From positions 496,001 to 560,000 of the forward strand of contig CATNEN010000003.1 in NCBI GenBank assembly GCA_950097015.1: a stretch of 64,000 bases of DNA, in the 5' to 3' direction. The notes below the pieces were generated by a model. The model did not search any database. It was not told where the DNA came from and saw only the letters and a program-made list of their open reading frames with translations. Of the stretch, positions 13,203 through 24,024 are shown piece by piece. A program made the translations under genes and the position numbers. The DNA comes from Macrostomum hystrix (Eukaryota > Animalia > Platyhelminthes). Position 1 is the stretch's first letter, and the number at the start of each line of letters is the position of its first letter.

Positions 13203-13413
13203 TTTTTGTAGTTCTAACTGCAAACTTGTACGAAAGTCTCACGATTCTTAGAAACGTACAGCCTGAAGCATTTTTCATAGACCATATAGATGATGACGAC
13301 TAGTGTAGACTGACCTTCAACTAGTCGTACCGTTTTTATAGTTCTAACTGCGCACTTGTAAGAAAGGGTCATTCTTCTTAGAAACGCGCAGCCTTAAGCA
13401 TTTTATAGACCAT
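13203..13413. promoter_or_regulatory. Putative divergent promoter region (Rab1 / galactokinase) with an ~80-bp direct duplication
   Basis: The genes are head-to-head. TAGTTCTAACTGC...CTTAGAAACG.CAGCCT.AAGCATTTT.ATAGACCAT occurs at 13203-13285 and 13333-13413 (130-bp offset). The promoter role is inferred from position only. Confidence 0.4.
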
Positions 13414-14815
13414 GTTAATAATTCCGAATAGTGCTGCGACATTAAAGTTACAGAGTCACTCTAATCTTATAGACTAAAATACGATTTCTATCAGATGTGT
13501 TATTTAGTTGTTGGCGCTACTTCAGTAAATGACTTGAACTTATAAATTTCAAGTAGGCTTATCAAAATTCTAACAAAGCTGGATTTTATCTTGCAGGATA
13601 GCAGTTGAAACAAAATGTCAATGGGCGCCGCGGTCCATAGTTACTGAAGGAATGGCAGTTGAATGATGCGATTCCTTCAAGCTTCAAGCCAGTCAGGGTC
13701 CACATGTGGGCGTAGCCTACTAGGACTACAATTGCTATAAATGAGCAACATCTCAATCTGCAATCACAGCTAGAGCTCCGCCATAGCTACAGACATGAGA
13801 CATGGCAATGGGAAGTTATGGATATGGAGTTCTCAAATATATATTGCACTGAAGTGAGTAAAAGAAACAAAAAACAAAGTCTTCAACTAGGCCCTAGAAC
13901 TTTTGATTACTTGGTGTTAATGAAACAAGCCTTTTAGAAAATTCAATGCAAATTAAAATTGTGGGGTAAGGTTTTCCCTTGTGTGTTGACTATTGGTTGG
14001 TGGGGGTGTAAAGATAAGATGATGCAGGTTTTAGGCCTATAAAAGGCACTTTAGACTACCTAGGATGGAAACTCTCAATTCCTTGCTGTGGCATTGGGGA
14101 CTCAATTTCTCAAGATCACAATGCCATATGCATGTTTTCGGGTGGTAGGGAGGGGTTTCACCCTAAACCTTTTAAGTCCCAGAAAAGGCTTGAATTCTGA
14201 TTTGGCTGCAAGTATTTGGCTACACAATTCTAGTATCCCATTTGTCATTTAGCTTCCACTTTCTGTGTATATCAAAAGATGCAAAAGTTGTAGGAAATTA
14301 TTGAATTTTTTGTTATAGAAAGTGATATAGATACAGATATAATAATGTTTTGGTTATGGCAATAAACAAGAAAGTAAACAACAAAAAATCTTTGGTTCAA
14401 GACTGACTATTGAGTGTTGTCATTACAGTGCGCATACATGTCATTACTACAATCTACAAATCTGAGACACCCTTTCAGAACTGGACCTTCTCTCAATGTT
14501 CCTTACTCAAGAATGTAGTATGGTGTATGAGAAAATGCAAATGAAAATTGAAGAGTATAACTAGCTTACAATGCTTTTAGCTAGAAAATATTTATCCTTA
14601 GTGGATAAATTAACACTGAGTTTTATGTGCAGTCTTTTCCGCACACACAGAGTATAATACTTACAAAAAATATTGCCACCTAATCAGTAACTTGTAAGCT
14701 AGTAGCAGTGTTATAAATAAAAAAGTATGCAGTTACAGTGTGCAATACAGCCCATGCATTAAGCTGCATGTTAGTTGCTTTGCTTTACTCACTTCTCTTT
14801 TTAAATAAGCTAATG

Positions 14816-15124
14816 AGAGGTTGTAGCCTAGTGGTTAGGGCGTCGGACTCACGACTTGAAGGTCGGGGGTTCGATTCCCGACTCCCCTGAACAATTTGTG
14901 TCCTTTAGCAAGACACTTAACTCTGCATTGCTTCAGTTCACCCAGCTGTTAAATGGGTACCAGCATCAGCTGGGATAATTGAAGGTGGGTGTGGCGTCCC
15001 CCCAGTCCATGGACTGAACAGCTGTACGCAGCCTTCAGATGCGCCGCGCATTAGCTGCGGCTGTGCTGTCGGCTGCACATCTGACCCAATTAGGGCAGGT
15101 GTAATCAATTATTATTATAAATTA
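14816..15124 (+). mobile_element. tRNA-derived CORE-like SINE, family A (full length, with TSD)
   Basis: A box TAGCCTAGTGG, B box GGTTCGATTCC, CORE-like block TGTGTCCTTTAGCAAGACACTTAACTCTG..TTGCTTCAGTTCACCCAGCTGTTAAATGGG, and an (ATT)n tail. 15-bp TSD TTAAATAAGCTAATG at 14801-14815 and 15125-15139. Confidence 0.92.
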
Positions 15125-15246
15125 TTAAATAAGCTAATGCTATAGTTGAATACTTTTTTAAGTAATAGGGTTGTAAAAGGATAGTAACTATTTGTGTATT
15201 TATCCCCAAATATATTCCAGCAGTCAGACAGCATTCAAACAGCCTA

Positions 15247-17323
15247 ATGGACCAGCTCAATGCAGATGCCATCCCAGTACTTGCACTGTCAGACTTGGCA
15301 GCCAATCACCATGAGGCCATAGACAATCTGATAGGCATTTATCGCAAGTTGTTTGACGATTCTGAGCCAGTATTTGTAGCTAGAGCTCCTGGCAGAGTGA
15401 ATCTGATTGGCGAACACATTGACTATTGCGGCTACTCTGTACTGCCAATGGCCATTGATAAGCACATTCTAATCGCTGTTGGTTTCCCATCTAGCGACAA
15501 AGACAAAGCTGAATTGCACATTCGTCACATTGATAATGACACTCGTGCTGGTGCTGATGTGCCAGTTGGTCCTGATGGAGTTCTTGTTGATAAAGAGCGC
15601 TTGGCTTGGCACCAGTATGTCCTGTGTGGCTTTCGCGGAGTTCAGGATTACCTAATCAAGGTAACTTTATGCAACACATTTAACACTGTATAATTAATCA
15701 TTTCTGCCAGTCAGTTTAGCCAAGAGCTGGATGACATAAAATACAGGAGTCACTACTTTCAGTAGTTGTTCATTTTTAAAAGAATTACCTGAATTTTTTA
15801 GCAAGGCCATGGCTTCAGTCCGATTAGTCTCAACCTGATGGTCACTGGCGACATTCCGCCAAGTGCGGGCCTATCAAGTAGCAGCGCACTGGTTGTCTGC
15901 TCAGCTTTAGTTGCTATGCGAGCTCATACCGGCAGTCTGGCTGCTCTGGACCGGCGCCAGATGGCTTCGCTGTGTGCCACTGCGGAGCGGTACATCGGCA
16001 CAGAGGGTGGCGGCATGGACCAGGCCATCTCACTCTGCGCTAGGCCTGGCCAGGCTATGTGGATTAACTTCAAGGCTGGCCTGGAGACCCGACCTGTGAG
16101 TAAATGCTGAACTAGATGACATGTAAGGCAGCTGAAGGACTGGATGGCAGATGAGGCTGCTGAAGCACTAGATGGCAAATGAGGCTGCTGAAGCACTAGA
16201 TGGCAAATGAGGCTGCTGAAGGACTGGGTGTCAAATGAGGCTGCTGAAGGACTGGGTGGCAAATGAGGCTGCTGAAGGACTGGATTGCAGATAAGGCAGC
16301 TGCAGGACTGGATGGCATGAGAGGCTGCTGAAGGACTGGATGGCAGATAAGGCTGCTGAAGGCCTTGAGTATCTAACAAGCAGCTGGGACAATTGCAGGT
16401 GAGCCTGCCGCCTGGCTACAGCTTCGTGGTTGCCCACTGCGGCCAGGAGATGAACAAGGCCGCCACGGACCAGTTTAATCAGCGCGTTGCCGAGTGCCGC
16501 CTGGCCGCCAGGTTGCTTAGCAACAACACTGAAGCTGCAACTATGCGACTGGTCGATGCGCAGGCGAGTTCGTGTTAATTTGTAATCCTGACACCCTACA
16601 ATCATGGCACCCTACAATTCTGACACCCTACAATTCTGACACCCTACAATCATGGCACAATACAATCCTGACACCCTACAACCCTGAAATCCTGCAATCC
16701 TGACATTGTCCTGACATCCATCTGATGACAAAGGCATCCGCCCACAGGACGCTCTCGGTGTGGATCAGCCGGTTGCAGCCGCAGCCATCGCAGCTGAGCG
16801 CCTCCGAACGGAGCCGCCCTACAGCCTGGAAGAGCTGGCCGTTCAGCTCTCCGTTGAGCCGTCGACATTGTCGACGCTCTGCTTGACCTCAGAAGCGGCC
16901 AGACGCATCACTGACGGCTACCGGCTGCGTCAGCGAGCTCTGCACGTCTTCAGCGAGGCCCAACGAGTCCTAGATTTTCGCGACGCCTGTCAAGCGTCGA
17001 ACGCCGCGGAATCGCCGGCCTCCTTGGCTAACCGGCTCGGTGAGCTGATGAACGCCAGCCATGCCAGCTGCTCGGAGCTGTACAACTGCTCCTGTCCTGA
17101 ACTGGATCGCCTCTGCCGCATCTGCTGTGAGGTTGGAGGAGCTCTGGGCTCGAGGCTGACTGGAGCTGGTTGGGGCGGCTGCTGTGTCTCCCTGGTGCCG
17201 GACGATTCAGTTGAAAAGTTTCTCAGTGAAGTTCGCAAAGCCTTCCTGGGCGATGATAGCGATGGGCGATTTCTCGCCTTCGCCAGTTCGCCTAGCAGCG
17301 GTGCCTTCCTTGTGGAGCTGTGA
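15247..17323 (+). CDS. GALK2: GHMP-family galactokinase / N-acetylgalactosamine kinase (GALK2-like); exons 15247-15660, 15802-16095, 16399-16563, 16748-17323
   Basis: Motifs RAPGRVNLIGEHIDYCGYSVLPMAI, PPSAGLSSSSA, ERYIGTEGGGMDQ, FNQRVAECRLAA, RQRALHVFSEAQRV and GSRLTGAGWGGC. Intron 3 requires a GC donor (CAG|GCGAGT). Confidence 0.92.
16110..16370. repeat. ~28-bp minisatellite in galactokinase intron 2
   Basis: Unit GAGGCTGCTGAAGGACTGGATGGCAGAT and variants. Confidence 0.85.
16585..16715. repeat. 16-bp minisatellite in galactokinase intron 3
   Basis: Unit CTGACACCCTACAATT and variants. Confidence 0.8.
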
Positions 17324-17785
17324 AATCGCTTGAAATTTTGAGCATAGTTTTACTGAGCACACTGAGACTGGGAGTAGATTTCTTAGTTTAGGACCACAAT
17401 TATGCGTCTTTTTTCTACTTGGCTTTGAATCCAAGCTTGATCTATTCGTCAGTTATCTAAGTGCCAATAAATATCAATTATGATTTGCAATATTATCAAT
17501 AGTTTAACTCTTTTCTTCCGTACGATAAATTTTTGCGAACTTATTTCATTATTAAAATCGCTCGGTGTTGCGTTTTTATATACTACTAAGAGTAGTTTTT
17601 TATTGAGTTTGTTTTAGGCTTAGTTTTTTCAATATCAGCTGGTATTTAGAGGCTATAATGTTTTTATTAAAACAAATCTATATTTATTTGACAACAGTAG
17701 TTTTTTGCATTAGGATTTTTGGTGATTTTTTTATATTCGTCAATTCAAACATTTTTTGTACGTCTTGGGTCATTTGTTTTGTATG

Positions 17786-17960
17786 GGGGTTGTACCTCAG
17801 CAATTTGAACGTCGAACTAGCTACTTAAAGGTCAGGGGTTCGCTTACCGACTCCACTCCACCCAGTCCAATGACTGACCAGCCGTACACAGCCTTCAGAT
17901 GAACTTCGCAATGGCTGTGCATGTAGCATGCACATCTTGTTCTATCAGGTGTATCAACTA
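17786..17960 (+). mobile_element. Degenerate, internally deleted SINE family A copy
   Basis: AAGGTCAGGGGTTCG head remnant joined to CCCAGTCCA..GACTGA..CAGCCTTCAGATG..GCACATCT..CAGGTGTA. Confidence 0.7.
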
Positions 17961-18029
17961 ATAGTAGTTTTTTGTTTTGAGATAGCTGTTTTGTTCAAAA
18001 AAGGTTTTTTCGTTAATAAACTTTTGACT

Positions 18030-18590
18030 ACTCAATATGTGATCTAGACAACTCAAAATAGGATCTATGGGATCTTGACAGCTTATGTTGGATATCTAAA
18101 CAACTCAAAATAGGATCTAGAGTACTCAATATGGGATCTAGATAACTCAAAATAGGATCTAGAGTACTCAATATGGGATCTAGATAACTCAAAATAGGAT
18201 CTAGAGTACTCAATATGGGATCTAGATAACTCAAAATAGGATCTAGAGTACTCAATATGGGATCTAGATAACTCAAAATAGGATCTAGAGTACTCAATAT
18301 GGGATCTAGATAACTCAAAATAGGATCTAGAGTACTCAATATGGGATCTAGACAACTCAAAATAGGATCTATGGGATCTTGACAGCTTATGTTGGATCTA
18401 AACAACTCAAAATAGGATCTAGAGTACTCAATATGGGATCTAGATAACTCAAAATAGGATCTAGAGTACTCAATATGGGATCTAGATAACTCAAAATAGG
18501 ATCTAGAGTACTCAATTCGAGATCTAGACAACTCAATGTGGGATCTAGACAACTCAATGTGGGATCTAGACAACTCAATGTGGGATCTTG
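18030..18590. repeat. 21-bp/42-bp dimeric minisatellite
   Basis: Alternating ACTCAATATGGGATCTAGATA / ACTCAAAATAGGATCTAGAGT units. Confidence 0.93.
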
Positions 18591-18694
18591 AATGAAAATC
18601 TTTAGATCCTGGGATCAGAGGAAACCGTTAGAAATCTAAGGATTATCTACAGATATAATACAAGATAGTGGCGATCTATGTGCTTCCATTCCAG

Positions 18695-19177
18695 CTCTCA
18701 TCACTAAAATCCCTCCAGACGCTAAACTCGCTACTGATCCGCTCTGGCGCCAGTAGTGCGAGCTGCTTGTTCAACAGCACCAGCCGCTTCAGTAGCAGCG
18801 GCAACGTCAACATGGGGAACAAACTGGACAAGGGATTAAAATACAGCAATGGCCAATCCTCATCAGAATTTATCACGGAAACCGTACGCAACAATCCTGT
18901 AGTTGTGTTCAGCACCACCACTTGCCCGTACTGCGTCCAAGTCAAAAACCTATTCACCCAGCTAAAGGTGCCGGCCACAATTGTCGAGCTAGACACACGG
19001 CAGGACGGGCCGCAGCTGCGACCGGAGCTGATCCGCCAGACGGGGGCTCGCACGGTGCCGCAGGTGTTTATCTGCGGCCAAAGAGTCGGCGGCGCCTCTG
19101 ACACAATGGCGCTGCACAGAGCCGGCCAACTTGAGGCGCTCATTGCGAATTGCTACAAGCCGGCTAGGCGGGAGTAA
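18695..19177 (+). CDS. Dithiol glutaredoxin (Grx2-like, CPYC) with an N-terminal mitochondrial-presequence-like extension; the exon starts at acceptor TTCCAG|18695, first genomic ATG at 18812
   Basis: NPVVVFSTTTCPYCVQVK...ELD...QTGARTVPQVFICGQRVGGASD gives the glutaredoxin fold motifs (CPYC, TVP, GG). The 39 codons upstream of the ATG are Ser/Leu/Arg-rich and contain no acidic residue. Confidence 0.9.
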   Translation, partial: LSSLKSLQTLNSLLIRSGASSASCLFNSTSRFSSSGNVNMGNKLDKGLKYSNGQSSSEFITETVRNNPVVVFSTTTCPYCVQVKNLFTQLKVPATIVELDTRQDGPQLRPELIRQTGARTVPQVFICGQRVGGASDTMALHRAGQLEALIANCYKPARRE

Positions 19178-19344
19178 TGATCGTATAGTGAAGCGCTGCT
19201 GCTGCTGCTGCTCCTGCTGCTGCTAGTGTTGCTTGATAACTGCTCTTGAATTAGTTAGGAAAATTGACACCTATATAAGGCTTGAAACAACAGTTCATGT
19301 GTACTTCTCTGCCTCTAAAAGTATAAGTGTTATATATATATTAG

Positions 19345-19600
19345 CAATGAGTTGTAACCAATTTTTGGGACATTGGACACAAGACTTCAAGGTCAAGGGT
19401 TCGATTCCACTGTAAAAATTTAAGTCCATTAGCAAGGCACTTAGCTTGCTAACTTAATAACTTACACTGCTTTTTTATGGGTAAATGGGTCCCCCAGTCC
19501 ATGGACTGAACAGCCGTACGCAGCCTTCAGATGCGCCGCGCAATAGCTGCGGCTGTGCTGTCGGCTGGACATCAGGCCCGATTGTAGTAGGTGTAATCAC
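19345..19600 (+). mobile_element. Degenerate SINE family A copy
   Basis: GGTTCGATTCC B box and a well-preserved 3' half (CCCCAGTCCATGGACTGAACAG...GTGTAATCA). Confidence 0.8.
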
Positions 19601-20316
19601 TTTTTAGTTATATGCACTATTTTTTATATTTTTTATTATTTTAAAATGCTTATATTTTAAAAGTTCTTTAAATGAAAAGTACACATGCACTTTTAGTTCC
19701 TAGTAATGATTTTCTTTGCTAGTTTTGCAAGTGCTCGCGCACCGAATATCTACGTTTAATAGTATTCTGCACATCTTAATGTTACTGCAGTATTAATAAT
19801 TTTGGTTGGCATATTGGAACTGTTATGTGCTAGCAAACAGTTAGCAAGTACACAGTAATGTTAAACGCGCTAGAAATTGTGTATCAACAACACTTGATAA
19901 CTGTTCGTGCGTCTTTAAAGCCGATTGCCTTTGACAAACTTTAAAAACTCTTTGGCGGCTGTTTTCAATCTTATCAATATTTTTTAAAAACTAATAGAAG
20001 CTTTAGACTTCCACCTCATCCAGATACCTTCCGTTCAGCTATGTCACATGCATTTCGCTATTTGCCTTGTCCAGTTCAACAATTCAACCCGTATCTTGCA
20101 CTTCAATCGTCAACAAAGTGAATTGGCAGCATATGCTGTGTGTTTGCACGCGATATTATTCTTAGCCATTAGTCTATTGAATATACGAGTAAAATATACC
20201 TGACAGAAAAATTGTCGCCTTTAGGAATGTACCCTCTCCTGATGATGAAGCACAGAAAATCTGACCCATTTCTTGTTTAATGTATTGCTAACTCATTATT
20301 TTCGTCACGGGTCATT

Positions 20317-21636
20317 TAGTCAGGTGTGTCACCTGTTAGTCAGAGAGTGAGTAGGTTAGTCAGGAGTGTCACCTGTTAGTAAGAGAGTGAGTAGGTTAGT
20401 CAGGTGTGTCACCTGTTAGTCAGAAAGTGAGTGGGTTAGTCAGGTGTGTCACCTGTTAGTCAGAAAGTGAGTGGGTTAGTCAGGTGTGTCACCTGTTAGT
20501 CAGAGAGTGAGGAGGTTAGTCAGGTGTGTCACCTGTTAGTTAGAGAGTGAGTGGGTTAGTCAGGTGTGCCACCTGTTAGTCAGAGAGTGAGTAGGTTAGT
20601 CAGGAGTGCCACCTGTTAGTCAGAGAGTGAGTAGGTTAGTCAGGTGTGTCACTTATTAGACAGAGAGTGAGTGGGTTAGTCAGGTGTGTCACCTATTAGT
20701 CAGAGTGAGTGGGTTAGTCAGGTGTGCCACCTGTTAGTCAGAGTGAGTGGGTTAGTCAGGTGTGCCACCTGTTAGTCAGAGTGAGTGGGTTAGTCAGGTG
20801 TGCCACCTGTTAATCAGAGAGTGAGTGGGTTAGTCAGGTGTGCCACCTGTTAGTCAGAGAGTGAGTGGGTTAGTCAGGTGTGCCACCTGTTAGTCAGAGT
20901 GAGTGGGTTTGTCAGGTGTGCCACCTGTTAGTCAGAGAGTGAGTGGGTTAGTCAGGTGTGTCACCTGTTAGTCAGAGAGTGAGTGGGTTAGTCAGGTGTG
21001 TCACCTGTTAGTCAGAGTGAGTAGGTTAGTCAGGTGTGTCACCTGTTAGTCAGAGTGAGTGGGTTAGTTAGGTGTGCCACCTGTTAGTCAGAGTGAGTGG
21101 GTTAGTCAGGTGTGCCACCTGTTAGTCAGAGTGAGTGGGTTAGTCAGGTGTGCCACCTGTTAGTCAGAGTGAGTGGGTTAGTCAGGTGTGTCACCTGTTA
21201 GTCAGAGTGAGTGGGTTAGTCAGGTGTGCCACCTGTTAGTCAGAGAGTGAGTGGGTTAGTCAGGTGTGCCACCTGTTAGTCAAAGTGAGTGGGTTAGTCA
21301 GGTGTGTCACATGTTAGTCAGAGTGAGTGGGTTAGTCAGGTGTGCCACCTGTTAGTCAGAGAGTGAGTGGGTTAGTCAGGTGTGCCACCTGTTAGTCAGA
21401 GAGTGAGTGGGTTAGTCAGGTGTGCCACCTGTTAGTCAGAGAGTGAGTGGGTTAGTCAGGTGTGCCACCTGTTAGTCAGAGAGTGAGTGGGTTAGTCAGG
21501 TGTGTCACCTGTTAGTCAGAGAGTGAGTGGGTTAGTCAGGAGTGTCACCTGTTAGTCAGAGAGTGAGTGGGTTAGTCAGGTGTGCCATCTGTTAGTCAGA
21601 GAGTGAGTGGGTTAGTCAGGTGTGCCACCTGTTAGT
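20317..21636. repeat. 38/40-bp minisatellite (20-bp dimer, ~33 copies)
   Basis: Unit GTTAGTCAGGTGTGTCACCT-GTTAGTCAGAGAGTGAGTGG. Confidence 0.96.
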
Positions 21637-22182
21637 TTTGATAGTTAAAACGGTAGTCTCTCCCGTTCTTCATTTGTTTACATTTAGTATAATCATTTTA
21701 AGATTAATAAGGTGATGCGAGCAAGCAACTGATGCACGGCCCTGTCTGACTGCTCTGGATGTTGCAACAGTTTGGCGAAACTGGCGCCAAGGTTAAAAAT
21801 GTATGGATAAATAGCTTGAACTGTGGCTGCAGAAGTCGAGTAAATATTTTTCTTGTTTATTGCCAAGTCGGCCTTTATATTTCCGTTTGGCGTAATTCAG
21901 CTCGGACGGATGTTGTGTCACACCTTGTGCGTTAAGCTAGCATTCGCTGGCACTGTACTATCGACTAAAATTAACTTTTTCTTTTCTGTGCTAGTAGTAC
22001 AAAATCATGGGTACTCTTGTAGTTTTTTAGGCTCCGTGACCAACGTATTACATCAAGAAAACACTTGATTAGCAAGTACAATATCAAATGTTTAAAGTTG
22101 TCTGATAATAGTAAAAGTAACTTTAGTTTACTTCAATGGTCATTGAACCTCGAAAATATCCAAAAAGACACTTAATATAATG

Positions 22183-23614
22183 GCCCTTCAACAGCTCACT
22201 AAACGTCCTGGTCCTTCAACAGTTCACTAAACATCTTGGTCCTTCAACAGCTCACTAAACTTCCTTGTCCTTCAACCACTCACTAAACCTCCTGGTCCTT
22301 CAACAGCTCACTAAACTTTCTGGTCCTTCAACAGCTCACTAAACTTCCTGGTCCTTCAACAGCTCAATAAACTTCCTGGTCCTTCAACAGCTCACTAAAC
22401 TTCTTGGTCCTTCAACAGCTCACTAAACATCCTGGTCCATCAACAACTCACTAAACCTCCTGGTGCTTCAACAGCTCACTAAACTTCTTGGTCCTTCAAC
22501 AGCTCAATAAACTTCTTGGTCCTTCAACAGCTCACTAAACTTCTTGGTCCTTCAACAGCTCACTAAACTTCTTGGTCCTTCAACAGCTCACTAAACTTCC
22601 TGGTCCTTCAACAGCTCAATAAACTTCCTGGTCCATCAACAGCTCACTAAACCTCCTGGTCCTTCAACAGCTCACTAAACTTCTTGGTCCTTCAATAGCT
22701 CAATAAACTTCTTGGTCCTTCAACAGCTCACTAAACATCCTGGTCCTTCAACAGCTCACTAAACTTCTTGGTCCTTCAACAGCTCACTAAACTTCTCGGT
22801 CCTTCAACAGCTCACTAAACTTCTTGGTCCTTCAACAGCTCACTAAACTTCCTGGTCCTTCAACAGCTCAATAAACTTCCTGGTCCTTCAACAGCTCACT
22901 AAACTTCTTGGTCCTTCAACAGCTCACTAAACATCCTGGTCCATCAACAACTCACTAAACCTCCTGGTGCTTCAACAGCTCACTAAACTTCTTGGTCCTT
23001 CAACAGCTCACTAAACTTCTTGGTCCTTCAACAGCTCACTAAACATCCTGGTCCATCAACAACTCACTAAACCTCCTGGTGCTTCAACAGCTCACTAAAC
23101 TTCTTGGTCCTTCAACAGCTCAATAAACTTCTTGGTCCTTCAACAGCTCACTAAACTTCTTGGTCCTTCAACAGCTCACTAAACTTCTTGGTCCTTCAAC
23201 AGCTCACTAAACTTCCTGGTCCTTCAACAGCTCAATAAACTTCCTGGTCCATCAACAGCTCACTAAACCTTCTGGTCCTTCAACAGCTCACTAAACTTCT
23301 TGGTCCTTCAACAGCTCAATAAACTTCTTGGTCCTTCAACAGCTCACTAAACTTCTTGGTCCTTCAACAGCTCACTAAACTTCTCGGTCCTTCAACAGCT
23401 CACTAAACTTCTTGGTCCTTCAACAGCTCACTAAACTTCTCGGTCCTTCAACAGCTCACTAAACTTCTTGGTCCTTCAACAGCTCACTAAACTTCTTGGT
23501 CCTTCAACAGCTCACTAAACTTCTTGGTCCTTCAACAGCTCACTAAACTTCTCGGTCCTTCAACAGCTCACTAAACTTCTCGGTCCTTCAACAGCTCACT
23601 AAACTTCTTGGTCC
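22183..23614. repeat. 28-bp minisatellite (~51 copies)
   Basis: Unit GGTCCTTCAACAGCTCACTAAACTTCTT. Confidence 0.97.
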
Positions 23615-24024
23615 TTTGCAGTCCTTTTCAGTTTTCATCAAGCCCCGTAATTTACGACGCAATATTCTAACCAAGTTTATAATCTAGGTCCTTCTGGCTG
23701 CCATACAGAGTTATCATTTTAAAATCTATTAATAGTGATATGTAGCCTATATATACTATACACATAGATGTTTACAATTCTACAATGCGGATATCGATAG
23801 AAAATTTACTTTAACTATCTTATGCATAGTCTTGCATGTATATTCCTGCTCTATTTGTTCCGCGTTTAAGTGCGACGTTAAAATCATTCCTTCTGAATGA
23901 GTGCAGTGGGTTGCACCTATCTGTATCTTATTTGTAGGCTCTCAACCACATGTAGTTGGCTGTGCAATTAGAAATTACTGTATCGAATTATTCATATTTC
24001 ATAATTTTAGCTCCTTATCTGAGT

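Noticed and set aside
13597-13860. Exon-like segment after TTGCAG with ATG and in-frame TGA (possible selenoprotein)
   Set aside because: Stops in all frames, no recognisable domain and no SECIS seen. It may be a non-coding 5' exon.
14816-14890. tRNA-like sequence (apparent CAC anticodon loop)
   Set aside because: It is the head of SINE family A: it continues into a CORE-like body, has a TSD and occurs in multiple copies. Not called as a tRNA gene.
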